Positions 28,263-37,926 of a DNA stretch of 64,000 nt are shown here, in pieces. Source of the DNA: Bacteroidales bacterium (GTDB taxonomy: Bacteria; Bacteroidota; Bacteroidia; Bacteroidales; UBA4181). The stretch covers positions 21,579-85,578 of the forward strand of contig JAVBSH010000085.1 in assembly GCA_031547085.1 (NCBI GenBank). The letters are read 5' to 3'. A program made the translations under genes and the position numbers. Each line of letters opens with the position of its first letter. Within the stretch, counting starts at the first letter, position 1. Under the pieces are notes generated by a model, which worked only from the letters and a program-made list of their open reading frames with translations, was not told the origin of the DNA and did not search any database.

Positions 28263-29624
28263 TTATTTTACTTTTTGTACTCCGGGTAAATGATAAGTTC
28301 CGTTCAGAATCGGCGATTCTGCCCCGTAGAGGCGCATGGTGAGATTGAAACTGCCCTTGGGCGACGGCAACCAGTTGGATTGCTTGTCCTTGCCAGGGTT
28401 CTCATTCTGGATGTAAATATCGACAGAGCCGTCCTTGTTATATTTCAATCCGTCGGTACTACTGCCGATACTATAACGTTTCATATCGTTTTCCACAAAG
28501 AACATATCGTCGCCAAACATGTTCAGATTCCAGAATACAGTAACCGGGGGAATTTGGTCTTTGGCCAAATGAAGTACATATTTATTGGTACCATTGAGTT
28601 TATTGCCGTCGGCATCAATAGTTGTGTTGGGATAAAGCACTTCCGTAGATAATTCTGCGCCGGTAACGCCTCTTGCCAACGCCGCGCGTAACACCAAATC
28701 ATGCCCCGAACGTCCGCCTGCAAAGGTATATTTCCAGCCATCGACCATTGTCCCAATGTTCGCCCATTTATAATCAATCATATCGCTTGCTGCTTTGATA
28801 CCGCGTACAACGCCACGTCGGGTAGCTTCATCGAGCGTTTGCCATTGGAATCCGTTGGCAGCGCTCAATCCGATAACATGAAACGAAGCCACCAGCGGAT
28901 CGTTTTGGTCAGCCGAAGCAGGAAGCGCCTGTGTCATCCAAAAACCGATCATGTCAAGTGCTTGAAATTCCTCGGGGGCAGTACTCTTGAAGGTGGCGAA
29001 TGCCGAAGTTACGGGAGGTTTTTCCGAACCGATCCCTTTATTGAGGTATTGCGACAGGGGCATCAGCATAAAACCTTTCTGGAAATCAACTGCCTTTACC
29101 AAATCATTGCCACCGGTCGTAAAAATACGTACGGCCGACATTCCAATATTGGTGCGGCTTTTAATCTGCATCATGTCGCCCGGAACGGGGCCTTGATAGT
29201 CCGGCCCGGTAACAATATAGGTTCCCGGCTGCGCACCTTTTGTCCCGGCCACATTATATATCACTTCATCGAAACTGTCGCCGATTTGTACGACATACCA
29301 GCGCTTTTCGGTTGATGCAGGAACGAAAATTACTACCGGTTCTTTGGTCAAATCGGTGTAAGCATAAGCATCGATGGTCACGTTATTGGGGGTTACCACA
29401 AAGCGGTCTTCGGCGGTTTTTAGCTTCGTGTGTTTTATATAAAAATTCACACCCATCGAATTGCCTTTGACCGCCACGGGGGCATACTTCGCATACATGC
29501 GGAACGGTTCGCCCCACAGGCATGCTTGAATGGCGGTAGCATACGCCTGCTCTTCCTTGGCTTGATCGGGCGTTAATTTTTGTGTGGAAATCTGTGCTGA
29601 AGCACTGCTTCCAAGAGCTATCAA
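28263..29624 (-). CDS. DUF1254/DUF1214 protein (start codon appears damaged)
   Basis: VTPNNVT, LNG..KYVLH..PPV..FW, NKDGSVDIYIQ..NWLPSP..MRLYG; a signal-peptide-like frame extends upstream to an in-frame TAA with no ATG. Confidence 0.8.
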   Translation of the reverse strand: MIALGSSASAQISTQKLTPDQAKEEQAYATAIQACLWGEPFRMYAKYAPVAVKGNSMGVNFYIKHTKLKTAEDRFVVTPNNVTIDAYAYTDLTKEPVVIFVPASTEKRWYVVQIGDSFDEVIYNVAGTKGAQPGTYIVTGPDYQGPVPGDMMQIKSRTNIGMSAVRIFTTGGNDLVKAVDFQKGFMLMPLSQYLNKGIGSEKPPVTSAFATFKSTAPEEFQALDMIGFWMTQALPASADQNDPLVASFHVIGLSAANGFQWQTLDEATRRGVVRGIKAASDMIDYKWANIGTMVDGWKYTFAGGRSGHDLVLRAALARGVTGAELSTEVLYPNTTIDADGNKLNGTNKYVLHLAKDQIPPVTVFWNLNMFGDDMFFVENDMKRYSIGSSTDGLKYNKDGSVDIYIQNENPGKDKQSNWLPSPKGSFNLTMRLYGAESPILNGTYHLPGVQKVK

Positions 29625-29802
29625 TAACAGGATAGCGACTGTAATTAGATTTAATTGTTATGCAGTTTAAAAATTCTTATTACAACCTGACCCTAATTTC
29701 AAAATTTTAGAATTAATCCTTAATATAAACAACGATCATCCCGGAAAGGTTTCGTATAAATGTGAATAGAGTTGTATTAAAACGGATACAACATTATCTA
29801 AA

Positions 29803-30125
29803 TAATGCCCAGACAACCGGGCAGGTTATCATGGGGTACGGTACAGAAAAAGATACCGCAACCTAAGTCCGGGCTATACAAAACAGTGGAATCCCTGAAA
29901 GTGATTACGGAATATGTGAAGTATTCCGCTGTCAAAGTGGAAGAATCCAGTCCGAGCTGTTCGCTGGCGGAGGCTTTACAGAAGCAGGATTTGTTTATAA
30001 ACTCGACACTGGCGCAACTGGGATGCAATATATTATGGAAAATGTTCCGGCAGGGGAAGATTGAATATCAGGGATTGTATATGAACCTTGATACGATGAA
30101 GGTAAATCCAATACCGGTGTGATAC
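29803..30125 (+). pseudogene. 5'-truncated second copy of PRTRC thiF (direct repeat copy 2)
   Basis: Encodes the last ~105 aa of ThiF with 3 amino-acid changes and a +1 G. Confidence 0.88.
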
Positions 30126-30182
30126 AATATCACCCTTTCCTTTTTTATTGATCCCGGTTCAGCTTTTTTCAGTGGGAATAAT

Positions 30183-30190
30183 TATCTTTG
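30183..30190 (+). promoter_or_regulatory. Bacteroidetes -7 promoter box
   Basis: TATCTTTG upstream of the structured leader and the DHFR-like gene. Confidence 0.6.
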
Positions 30191-30263
30191 CGGAAGATAA
30201 TAGGAAATTATACGGCTTTAGAGCCGTTTTGATATATATAACATAACGTTCGCTGAACGTCTC

Positions 30264-30409
30264 GACGCAGAAAACTGGTAACTTTCAAGAAAGACGAGAC
30301 GAAAGGTGTAATGTTCATGCTATACTTTGGTATGGCGTGGGCTTGCAAATTTCGTCTTTCGGGTATACCAGTACCTCTGTGTCGGAATGAGTGGGTTCAC
30401 GCTTTTTTT
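30264..30409 (+). promoter_or_regulatory. structured leader RNA candidate (copy 1)
   Basis: Nested stems GACGCAGA/TCTGTGTC, ACTGGTA/TACCAGT, AGACGAAA/TTTCGTCT; apical GTTCATGCTATAC/GTATGGCGTGGGC; then GGTTCACGC-T7. Confidence 0.6.
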
Positions 30410-30451
30410 GACGTGGCGGACGTGAGTATAAACATTTTAATTTTAAACGCC

Positions 30452-30979
30452 ATGAAGAAAATTATCCTCTACATCGCCGTGTCGATAGACGGACGCATTG
30501 CCGAGCCGGACGGCGGCACAGACTTCCTGTCCGAATATCCGGTAACAGAAGAAATGAATTACGGCTATAAAGAATTTATGGACTCTATCGACACTATTAT
30601 CATGGGTGGGCGTACTTACCGCGAACTGGATACGATGGACGCTATGGGAGCGTATAAAGACAAATCGGTCTATGTGGTTTCACACTACGACTGGCATGGG
30701 GAAGATAACGTACATTTCATCATGGGTAATATAGCTGACCGCATCACCTCCCTGCGCAATGAATCCGGAAAAGATATCTGGCTTTTTGGTGGCGGTGAAC
30801 TGGTGTCGATGTTGCTTGCTGCCGGGCTGGTGGACGAAATGCGCCTGTTTTTTGTTCCTACAATCCTTGGCAAAGGGATTCCATTGTTCCCCGAACAACC
30901 CACCGGCTCAAAATGGACGCTTACCGGTAGCGCTTCTTATCCCAATGGGGTCTTAGGCGTGACTTACACCAGACAATAG
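30452..30979 (+). CDS. dihydrofolate reductase family (RibD C-terminal) protein
   Basis: YIAVSIDGRIA..DG, IMGGRTY, KDIWLFGGGEL, LVDEM..P.ILGKGIPLF. Confidence 0.9.
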   Translation: MKKIILYIAVSIDGRIAEPDGGTDFLSEYPVTEEMNYGYKEFMDSIDTIIMGGRTYRELDTMDAMGAYKDKSVYVVSHYDWHGEDNVHFIMGNIADRITSLRNESGKDIWLFGGGELVSMLLAAGLVDEMRLFFVPTILGKGIPLFPEQPTGSKWTLTGSASYPNGVLGVTYTRQ

Positions 30980-31163
30980 TAAACAATACCTTCCCAAGGT
31001 GAATCCGGTATTGGTATGATATACAAATTCAGGAGGCGCTATTGATTGCCTCCTGAAGGTGATCGATTGTCTTCATGAAACGGTAAGCATTGGAACCCCC
31101 TCCCATAGTTACCACAATGAGCCAGTCTTGATACTATTCTTTTGGTCTACTTGTGTATTAAAC

Positions 31164-32606
31164 CTATTTTACTTCTTCAAAATCACCGATTTTCCACGTT
31201 TTGTCGACAATCGGTTTTTCTACTCCGTAGAAACGCAAAATAAGCTCTATGTTTATGCCTGCTTTAGTGGGTATCCAGTTTGATTCTTTACCTGCCGGTG
31301 CTTTGGGTGCGAGGAAAAGATCAACCGAACCATCGGCATTCTTTGCCAAATCCGTCAATAATGAAGAACGGTTGGATGTCGGCACATCGCGGATCAGGGC
31401 ATGTGTGTTGCGGTTGTAAGCCGTTACCGACCAGTATTGTGATACAGGTACGTTTGCCGGTACGGTTAACTTATACGTTTTCGATCCATCCAGCGGATTA
31501 CCGTTTTTATCGGATGTGGAAAAAACGTACAGTTGGTTCCTGTTGGCGCCCAAACGTTTGACGCTACTGAATCCCCAATGGAAAGTAACGCCCCGGTCGT
31601 CTACCGGATAGCTGTTTACGGTAGTAAATCCATTCATTAACGATTGGACAAATTCAGGGGTAACAGCCGAAAACCAGTGTGCGTCGGGATAATACGGTGG
31701 AAGTGCGTCATACCTTTCGCTGATCCACTGATGGGCATCGGATATTCCTGCCAGCAAAAATTTTTCCTTTTGTGCGTTGGCGGCAAAGGATTTGCCTTTC
31801 TCAATGCCAATGGTTTTAAGAATGTCGATCATTCCGCGGTCACGTTCGAGCCAGGGTTCGGATTGCACCACACGGTCAAGCGAACGGAAGAATTCCATGT
31901 CATAGGGAATGGTGGCATCGAACATTTTATCGATAACATCGACAAAAACGGTTTGTTTGGCGGATTCCGAAAGCGGATAGAGCTTGATTTGTCTGGCATA
32001 TTCCACCGCCTTGGCAACATCCGCTTCGCTGTTCGTCTCCGGAAGAGAACGCAAGAGGGCAAAACCGGTATAATTATCCGAAGGCAGGACAATGTAGCCA
32101 GCAGGAATTTTTCCCTTATAGCCCGGGGGCAATAACAGGTATTTTCCACCCTTCCCGGCATCGACCCCGGCAGGGCCTACGTCTTCCAATGCTTTCTGCC
32201 AACAGTCAACAATAGTGCCTACTATGTTTCCTCCTACAGCAGGTGGAACTTCCAACACAACCGGGCCGTTTTTGGTGTCATAAAACGGGATGAAATAGAG
32301 GGCATCGGTATTGGGCGTGAGTAACTGGTTTTTCCAGTCGGACGGGCGCGACCAATAAGCAAATTGATTCTCTTTTCCCCCATTTTGCAAAAAAGCCTGG
32401 TACATGCGGTCGTAGTTCACTGCAGGCATGCCCCAGATAACCGCTTCGACAGCACGGGAATGCAACATTTGTTCCTGCACATTACCGGTCGAAGCCGGTT
32501 TGTCTGCCTGCTTGTTTTGCGGTTGATTGCAGGAAGAAAATGCAACCGTCACGATTGCTGCGAGCAGGACGGTTGCGGTTCTCAGATTCAATTTCATTAT
32601 CTTCAT
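31164..32606 (-). CDS. DUF1254/DUF1214 lipoprotein (close paralog of 26807-28249)
   Basis: Same length (480 aa) with long identical peptides, e.g. WSRPSDWKNQLLTPNTDA and DKTWKIGDFEEVK. Confidence 0.9.
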   Translation of the reverse strand: MKIMKLNLRTATVLLAAIVTVAFSSCNQPQNKQADKPASTGNVQEQMLHSRAVEAVIWGMPAVNYDRMYQAFLQNGGKENQFAYWSRPSDWKNQLLTPNTDALYFIPFYDTKNGPVVLEVPPAVGGNIVGTIVDCWQKALEDVGPAGVDAGKGGKYLLLPPGYKGKIPAGYIVLPSDNYTGFALLRSLPETNSEADVAKAVEYARQIKLYPLSESAKQTVFVDVIDKMFDATIPYDMEFFRSLDRVVQSEPWLERDRGMIDILKTIGIEKGKSFAANAQKEKFLLAGISDAHQWISERYDALPPYYPDAHWFSAVTPEFVQSLMNGFTTVNSYPVDDRGVTFHWGFSSVKRLGANRNQLYVFSTSDKNGNPLDGSKTYKLTVPANVPVSQYWSVTAYNRNTHALIRDVPTSNRSSLLTDLAKNADGSVDLFLAPKAPAGKESNWIPTKAGINIELILRFYGVEKPIVDKTWKIGDFEEVK

Positions 32607-32619
32607 CTTGTTTTGTGAT

Positions 32620-34086
32620 TTATTTTATTTCTTCAAAATCACCCGGTTTCCAGGAACCGTCGAAAGCGGGGCCTTCGGGACCGTAAATGCGGAAGTAAGT
32701 AAACCAACCCTTGTTCGGAAGGGTTTGAATCCAAACGTTTTCTTTACCGGCAGGGGCTTTAGGGCCGAAATACAAATCGATGGTAGCGCCTTTCTGGTCT
32801 TTCAGTTCAAACATCGAACGCAGGGCTGCTTTGTTTTGTTCGGTAGCAATTTCGCTGCGGGTTTCATTATCATAAATGGTTATCGACCAGAATAACTTGC
32901 CCGGAACCGGTTGCGGAACCGTCAATTTATAGGTTTTACTTCCGTCCAGATATTTTCCGGTATTATCCTTTAAACCTAACCAATACAAGGAACCGGCGCC
33001 CGGTGCGCGGTTGAACATGGCAGGCGATTCGATTTGCGCCTGATAGAACCATTTTTCGCGGGCATACAGATCAACATAATTTTCGGTATTGAATTTTCCG
33101 TCGCCGGCATAGCGCAATACAGCCCATTCCCATTGGCGGTCTTTCCACACAATACGGTCAGCGCTGCGGTCGGCGAAGGCTTGTACACGCATAATGGCAT
33201 TAGCGGTCTTAGCCGCTTTTTCCAGAATGGCTTTTATGCGGGCATCGGGATTGAACGGTTTTCCTTTTTCAATACCCAATTGGGCTAATTCGCCGTACCA
33301 GGTGCGGTATTCAGGATTGGCAGGCTCTTCATTGATAAATTTGGCCAGGCGTTCCCAATAGCCGATATTGTTTTCCCAACGGACAGGCGTAAAATCACCT
33401 GGTTTATCGTTTAGCTTTATCCATCTGAGCTCCGGTGCCGGTTTCCCTAAAGGATATACTTTGACAGACCTCATCAGCTTTTCGCCTGTTTCGGGGTTGT
33501 TATCCAACGGAATGGCTCGCAACAATACCAGCACTTGGTTCGTTGTTGATTTTCCTACATAGTAGCCTGAAGGAATAGTGCCGGTATAATTTGGCGGCAG
33601 GATAATGTGTTTACCCCCTTTTCCTTTATCGGGGCCTGGCATGCCAATATCCATCACCCACAGTTGATTCATATCATTCACGGCAGACATAATGGGGCCA
33701 GCCGGGATTTCTATTACTATTGGGCCATTGCTCAGGTCGAGTGGAAGCCCGGCATAACGCGTGTCGGAATTAGGCGTAAATGCCACCTGTGCCGGTGCAC
33801 CGTCCATAATGGCAAAAACTTGGTTAGGTACACATCCAGCGGTTATGTTCCCGTCCCATGTAGCCAATATCGATACAGTTGGATAGAAAAAACGATAAGT
33901 CTGGATAGCACGGTTCAGGTCGGCTTCATCATATGCTTTCTGAATGGTTGCATCTGTCGGGTAACCATTTACAAATTCATACACGGATGTTTCGTCCGTT
34001 TTTTGTACTGCCGATTGTTTTTGTTGATTGTTGCAAGATGTCAATAGTAAGATTGGCAAGGATGCAAATAGCAATATTTTTTTCAT
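32620..34086 (-). CDS. DUF1254/DUF1214 lipoprotein
   Basis: Lipobox LTSC; TPNSDT.Y, GPDKGKGGK, FWSITIYD, DLYFGP.AP, YFRIYGP. Confidence 0.9.
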   Translation of the reverse strand: MKKILLFASLPILLLTSCNNQQKQSAVQKTDETSVYEFVNGYPTDATIQKAYDEADLNRAIQTYRFFYPTVSILATWDGNITAGCVPNQVFAIMDGAPAQVAFTPNSDTRYAGLPLDLSNGPIVIEIPAGPIMSAVNDMNQLWVMDIGMPGPDKGKGGKHIILPPNYTGTIPSGYYVGKSTTNQVLVLLRAIPLDNNPETGEKLMRSVKVYPLGKPAPELRWIKLNDKPGDFTPVRWENNIGYWERLAKFINEEPANPEYRTWYGELAQLGIEKGKPFNPDARIKAILEKAAKTANAIMRVQAFADRSADRIVWKDRQWEWAVLRYAGDGKFNTENYVDLYAREKWFYQAQIESPAMFNRAPGAGSLYWLGLKDNTGKYLDGSKTYKLTVPQPVPGKLFWSITIYDNETRSEIATEQNKAALRSMFELKDQKGATIDLYFGPKAPAGKENVWIQTLPNKGWFTYFRIYGPEGPAFDGSWKPGDFEEIK

Positions 34087-34116
34087 ATTATTTTTAATTT
34101 ATTTGTTGTACTAAAT

Positions 34117-34461
34117 TCACTTCACTTTCACCACATCGTTCAATGTCCATGGCGAAGTATCTTTTAACACTTCAGGCTTTGCCCCGTAAATGCGGTACAT
34201 GAGAAAGAAATCCTGTCCGGCAACGGTGGTAACCCTGTTGTTTTCGTAGCCTTGGCGCATGGCGTCAAAGTTCATGAGCGGCATTCCCCAGATGGCAGCT
34301 TCCAAGGCACGGGAATAGGTTATACTGTTTTTGATTTCGGTAATGTCTTCCGACTGAGTTCCGGTTTGTTCAACCTTATTCTGCGATTGACCATAAGATG
34401 TAAATGCAGTCATCACGAATACTGCGGACAGGGTGGCTGCGGTTTTCAGATTTAATTTCAT
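34117..34461 (-). pseudogene. DUF1254/DUF1214 gene with a large in-frame internal deletion
   Basis: N-terminal RALEAAIWGMPLMNFDAMRQ joined directly to C-terminal FFLMYRIYG..WTLNDVVKVK. Confidence 0.75.
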
Positions 34462-34830
34462 TGTATAAGTTTTTTAGATTCTTGTTTTCTTGATTCCAAT
34501 CCTAAAAAATAGAATTCACCTTTTAATAAACAACAATCATTCCTGAAAGGTTTCGTAAAAATGTGAATAAAACTGTTCCCCAACAGATACAACCTTATAC
34601 CGGTTGACCGATACCCTTATCATGGGCATGACCTATTCCAGGCAATAGCCGATAGTTTCCACCCGTACAGGCAAACCGCTTTCCCATTCCCTTATAACAG
34701 AGGAAAATTAATACCGGAATCCCTTCTTTTGGCTCATTCATCCAAAATCCCGTATTTTTGTTATAGATAAACGCAGACAGACAAAAACCTGCAAATAAAC
34801 ATAGTATGAACATTTTAAAACATTTCAGTC

Positions 34831-36063
34831 ATGAAGACAACTGTGAAACTGAAATTCCGGCCTTCCACCGTCGAGGGCAAAACGGGCAGCCTTTATGTAC
34901 AATTTATTAAAGACCGTAAGACCCGGCTGGTAGTTTTCAAGGAGTGCAAGATCTATCCACACGAATGGGATGAGGAACGGGAAAGTTTCCGGGTAAACAC
35001 CGGAAGCCCCGAACGCAAGGCATACATGGAAAAGCTGTATGAAAGGATGAAGCGTGGCAAAGAGCAACTGCTGGATGTAATTGGTAAACTGGAAAGCCGC
35101 TTTGAGGATTATACCGTCGATGACGTTATCCGGGAGTATGAACAGTACCGCAGCCGCAACAACCTGGCCGCATACGCCGAACAACTGGCTTCCCGGGTGG
35201 AAGAACATAAACCCCGTACCGCCCGAACCTACCGTTCCGTCATCAAGAAAGTGGATGAATTTTACGGTCATGAAATCCGTATGGACAAGATCGATTCCGC
35301 TTTCGTCAAACAATTCGAGGCCGATATCCTGGCGCAGGGCAGGAAAAAGAATACCAGTTCCTACTACCTGCGCAGCCTGCGGGCTATCCTGAACCATGCC
35401 GTGGAGGACAAGGTGATCGAGTTCTCACGTGAGCGGCTTTTCGCGGGCGTATTTACCGGGAACGAAAAAACGGAAAAGCGGGCGGTGAAACAGGAAGTGA
35501 TCGAGACTATGGAAACAATCGATTTCCAGGCTACGGGCAACAAACGGCTGGAACTTGCCTGCCGGGCGTTCCTGCTGAGTTATTACCTGCGGGGCATTTC
35601 TTTCATCGACCTGGCCTACCTGAAAAAAGAAAATATCCGCGACGGTTGCATATTCTACACCCGCCGCAAGACCGGACAGAAGTTTGAAATCGAGATCACC
35701 CCGGAAATACAGGACATCCTCGACTATTACCGTGTGGAAGACAACGACTACCTGCTGCCTTTCCTGCGCCGTGGCGACAGCCATTCGGATTATGCCAACG
35801 CCCTGCGCCGGGAAAACGGTTGCCTGAAAGAACTCTCGGTGCTGATCGGACTGGACAAGCCGCTTACGACCTACGTCGCCCGCCATTCCTGGGCATCGAA
35901 CGCCTACGCGATGGGGGTGAGTATCGACCTGATCAGCCAGGGTCTGGGGCACGAAAATATACGGACTACGATGATCTACCTGAAATCATTCGACTACTCA
36001 CATCTTCATGAAGCCAACCGGAAAGTTATCTGTGGAGGCAAAAAGACGGAAAATGCTGCTTGA
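34831..36063 (+). CDS. tyrosine recombinase (phage integrase family, SAM-like domain)
   Basis: RGISFIDLAYL, RRKTG, TYVARHSWA, LGHENIRTTMIY. Confidence 0.93.
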   Translation: MKTTVKLKFRPSTVEGKTGSLYVQFIKDRKTRLVVFKECKIYPHEWDEERESFRVNTGSPERKAYMEKLYERMKRGKEQLLDVIGKLESRFEDYTVDDVIREYEQYRSRNNLAAYAEQLASRVEEHKPRTARTYRSVIKKVDEFYGHEIRMDKIDSAFVKQFEADILAQGRKKNTSSYYLRSLRAILNHAVEDKVIEFSRERLFAGVFTGNEKTEKRAVKQEVIETMETIDFQATGNKRLELACRAFLLSYYLRGISFIDLAYLKKENIRDGCIFYTRRKTGQKFEIEITPEIQDILDYYRVEDNDYLLPFLRRGDSHSDYANALRRENGCLKELSVLIGLDKPLTTYVARHSWASNAYAMGVSIDLISQGLGHENIRTTMIYLKSFDYSHLHEANRKVICGGKKTENAA

Positions 36064-36078
36064 ACCGGATTATTTTAG

Positions 36079-36086
36079 TAAATTTG
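36079..36086 (+). promoter_or_regulatory. fixed -7 promoter box outside the left inverted repeat
   Basis: TAAATTTG pointing into the candidate invertible segment. Confidence 0.45.
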
Positions 36087-36119
36087 CCTGTGAAAAACAA
36101 TGATGAAAAGACAAATAAA

Positions 36120-37338
36120 TCTCTTTTTAAGAGACAACGAAGACATTGGAAGTTTCTGACTCCGGATGTCTCTGAACCACGCCGCAAAGATAGGGTGTTT
36201 TTTCAAAACAAACATCCATATTCCTACCCAAAACATTCACATTCCCGCCCTCTTGTCCTCAACCGGCTTTTTCCGGTTCCGGCTTTTGTAAAACATCCCC
36301 GCTTACTTTTCCCTGCAACTCTTTGGGTGAAAGCCCGTATTGTTTCCGGCAGAAAGTCCAGAAGTGCGCATAGTTTACAAAATTGTACCTGTCTACAATC
36401 TCCTTCAGCGGGACACCACCGGAATTTATTTCTGCAAGCACACATTCCGCTTTACGACCTGTCATCCATTTATACGGCGGCTCGCCGAAATGCCTCCTGA
36501 ATTTTTTCATAAAGCCGGAAGTGGACATGTTGGCTATCGCCGCCAGTTCATCCACACTACGCGCCTTCATCCAGTTCCCGCTTACAAAGCTGCGGAACCA
36601 GGTTCGTTCGTCCATCACCGGCCGCAGGAAACCTGCCAGTTCCACCTTATTATATATACCCTGCATCAGGCAGAAGAACTCCCTGCATTTGGTTTCCTGC
36701 ATCTGCTCGTTAAACAGACCATTGATCTGGTAATAATCCGACAGCAGGAAGAAGTGCCGGAAAGCCCTCCCCGCCTTTAGTGTGGCGATCCCTCCGGCAT
36801 TCCCCCGGCAATGGCAAACCAGTTCCCGTACCGGAAGGATGCCAGGAAGCATTTCCGGTAAAAAACAACATGCCACGACCTTTACGGCTTCCCGCGCCCG
36901 GTATTCATAGGTGGCTCCCGGTGGCAGCAGGAACATCTCCCCGCTGCCCATGACCCGACTGTACCCGTCCATCTGGACGAGCATACTCCCCCTGGCCACT
37001 GTTACCACAGCAGCCTCTTCGGGCATCCGGCCTTGATACGCCTGTCCGGACTCCATCTCTCCACCCCGCCATGCGCCGGGGTTTCTTTGCCTGTTCATCA
37101 TACTGGTATACCTGTTTGAAAAAAAGTTCTCCTAATCCGTTTGTTGTTTGCTTTTATTATTTCCTGTAAATCGCTAAAAAACAGCATATTGCGTTTTCTT
37201 GCTTTGGAAATCCTAAAAATTCTGTTCTGAAAAACGTTCTTCAAAAACACTTTTCCTGGGGCAGGAATCCTTTTTACAAATCTGTATGCCAGTCTGTTAC
37301 ATCACGCTTCCAACCGTCTGATTTCTCTTAAAAAGAGA
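36120..37338. promoter_or_regulatory. candidate invertible segment bounded by 15-bp inverted repeats
   Basis: TCTCTTTTTAAGAGA (36120-36134) is the exact reverse complement of TCTCTTAAAAAGAGA (37324-37338); contains AraC and a minus-strand TATCTTTG box (36185-36192). Confidence 0.75.
36259..37101 (-). CDS. AraC family transcriptional regulator
   Basis: SVDELA..ANMSTSGF.KKF..FGEPPYKW, LKEI..YNF..HF..FCRKQYG.SP. Confidence 0.88.
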   Translation of the reverse strand: MMNRQRNPGAWRGGEMESGQAYQGRMPEEAAVVTVARGSMLVQMDGYSRVMGSGEMFLLPPGATYEYRAREAVKVVACCFLPEMLPGILPVRELVCHCRGNAGGIATLKAGRAFRHFFLLSDYYQINGLFNEQMQETKCREFFCLMQGIYNKVELAGFLRPVMDERTWFRSFVSGNWMKARSVDELAAIANMSTSGFMKKFRRHFGEPPYKWMTGRKAECVLAEINSGGVPLKEIVDRYNFVNYAHFWTFCRKQYGLSPKELQGKVSGDVLQKPEPEKAG

Positions 37339-37422
37339 CAGGAAAATGAACCCGCAAAAAACGTGTTTTCACCGGCCGGACAGAGAATGTGTAAACCATT
37401 AATATAAAAAAGAACAGGAACC

Positions 37423-37881
37423 ATGTTATCGCCCAAAGTCAAATGCGCCCTGCAAATCCTCTCGGAACTGGAAAAGGCGTCCCGTCAGGGAACCCGCCTT
37501 TCCCTGACTGACCTGCACCAACGCAGCGGCCTGAACAGGAGACTGGTTTCCCGAACGTTGCAACTGCTCCGCAGTAATTACTGGGTGGAGTTTATTGGCG
37601 CCAAACAGGTATTGATCAAAGACCTTGCGCAGTCTACCCTGCTTGAACTGGTAACGGATGTGGATGAAGGGATCTACCTGGGCAGCCCCAACCCGTTGGA
37701 AGGATGGACAGAAGTCTTTCTGGCAGAATGTACCGGGGCAGGCGAGATCGATGGGCGGTTGCAGGAAGAAATGGAGAAACGCTTGTCCGGCATCTTCCTC
37801 CGCGACCTGTTCCCCTGCGGCGGATACAGCCGGGACGTGCGGCTTATGCGGAGGTATGAAAGGAAAGCAAACGGGCAATAA
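37423..37881 (+). CDS. Rrf2-like winged-helix protein
   Basis: ALQIL.EL..LSL.DL..L..L..LLELVT.VDEG pattern. Confidence 0.55.
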   Translation: MLSPKVKCALQILSELEKASRQGTRLSLTDLHQRSGLNRRLVSRTLQLLRSNYWVEFIGAKQVLIKDLAQSTLLELVTDVDEGIYLGSPNPLEGWTEVFLAECTGAGEIDGRLQEEMEKRLSGIFLRDLFPCGGYSRDVRLMRRYERKANGQ

Positions 37882-37926
37882 AGATGTGGAAGAAAAAGAT
37901 CCTTTAAGAACTAACAATAACGGAAT

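Noticed and set aside
30452-30979. Trimethoprim-resistance dfr gene
   Set aside because: The motifs match the RibD C-terminal/DHFR-like family, not FolA/DfrA (no PW..D motif).
34831-36063. Recombinase as the ICE integrase marking an element boundary
   Set aside because: No att direct repeat or target tRNA found; the adjacent 15-bp inverted repeats fit an invertase role better.
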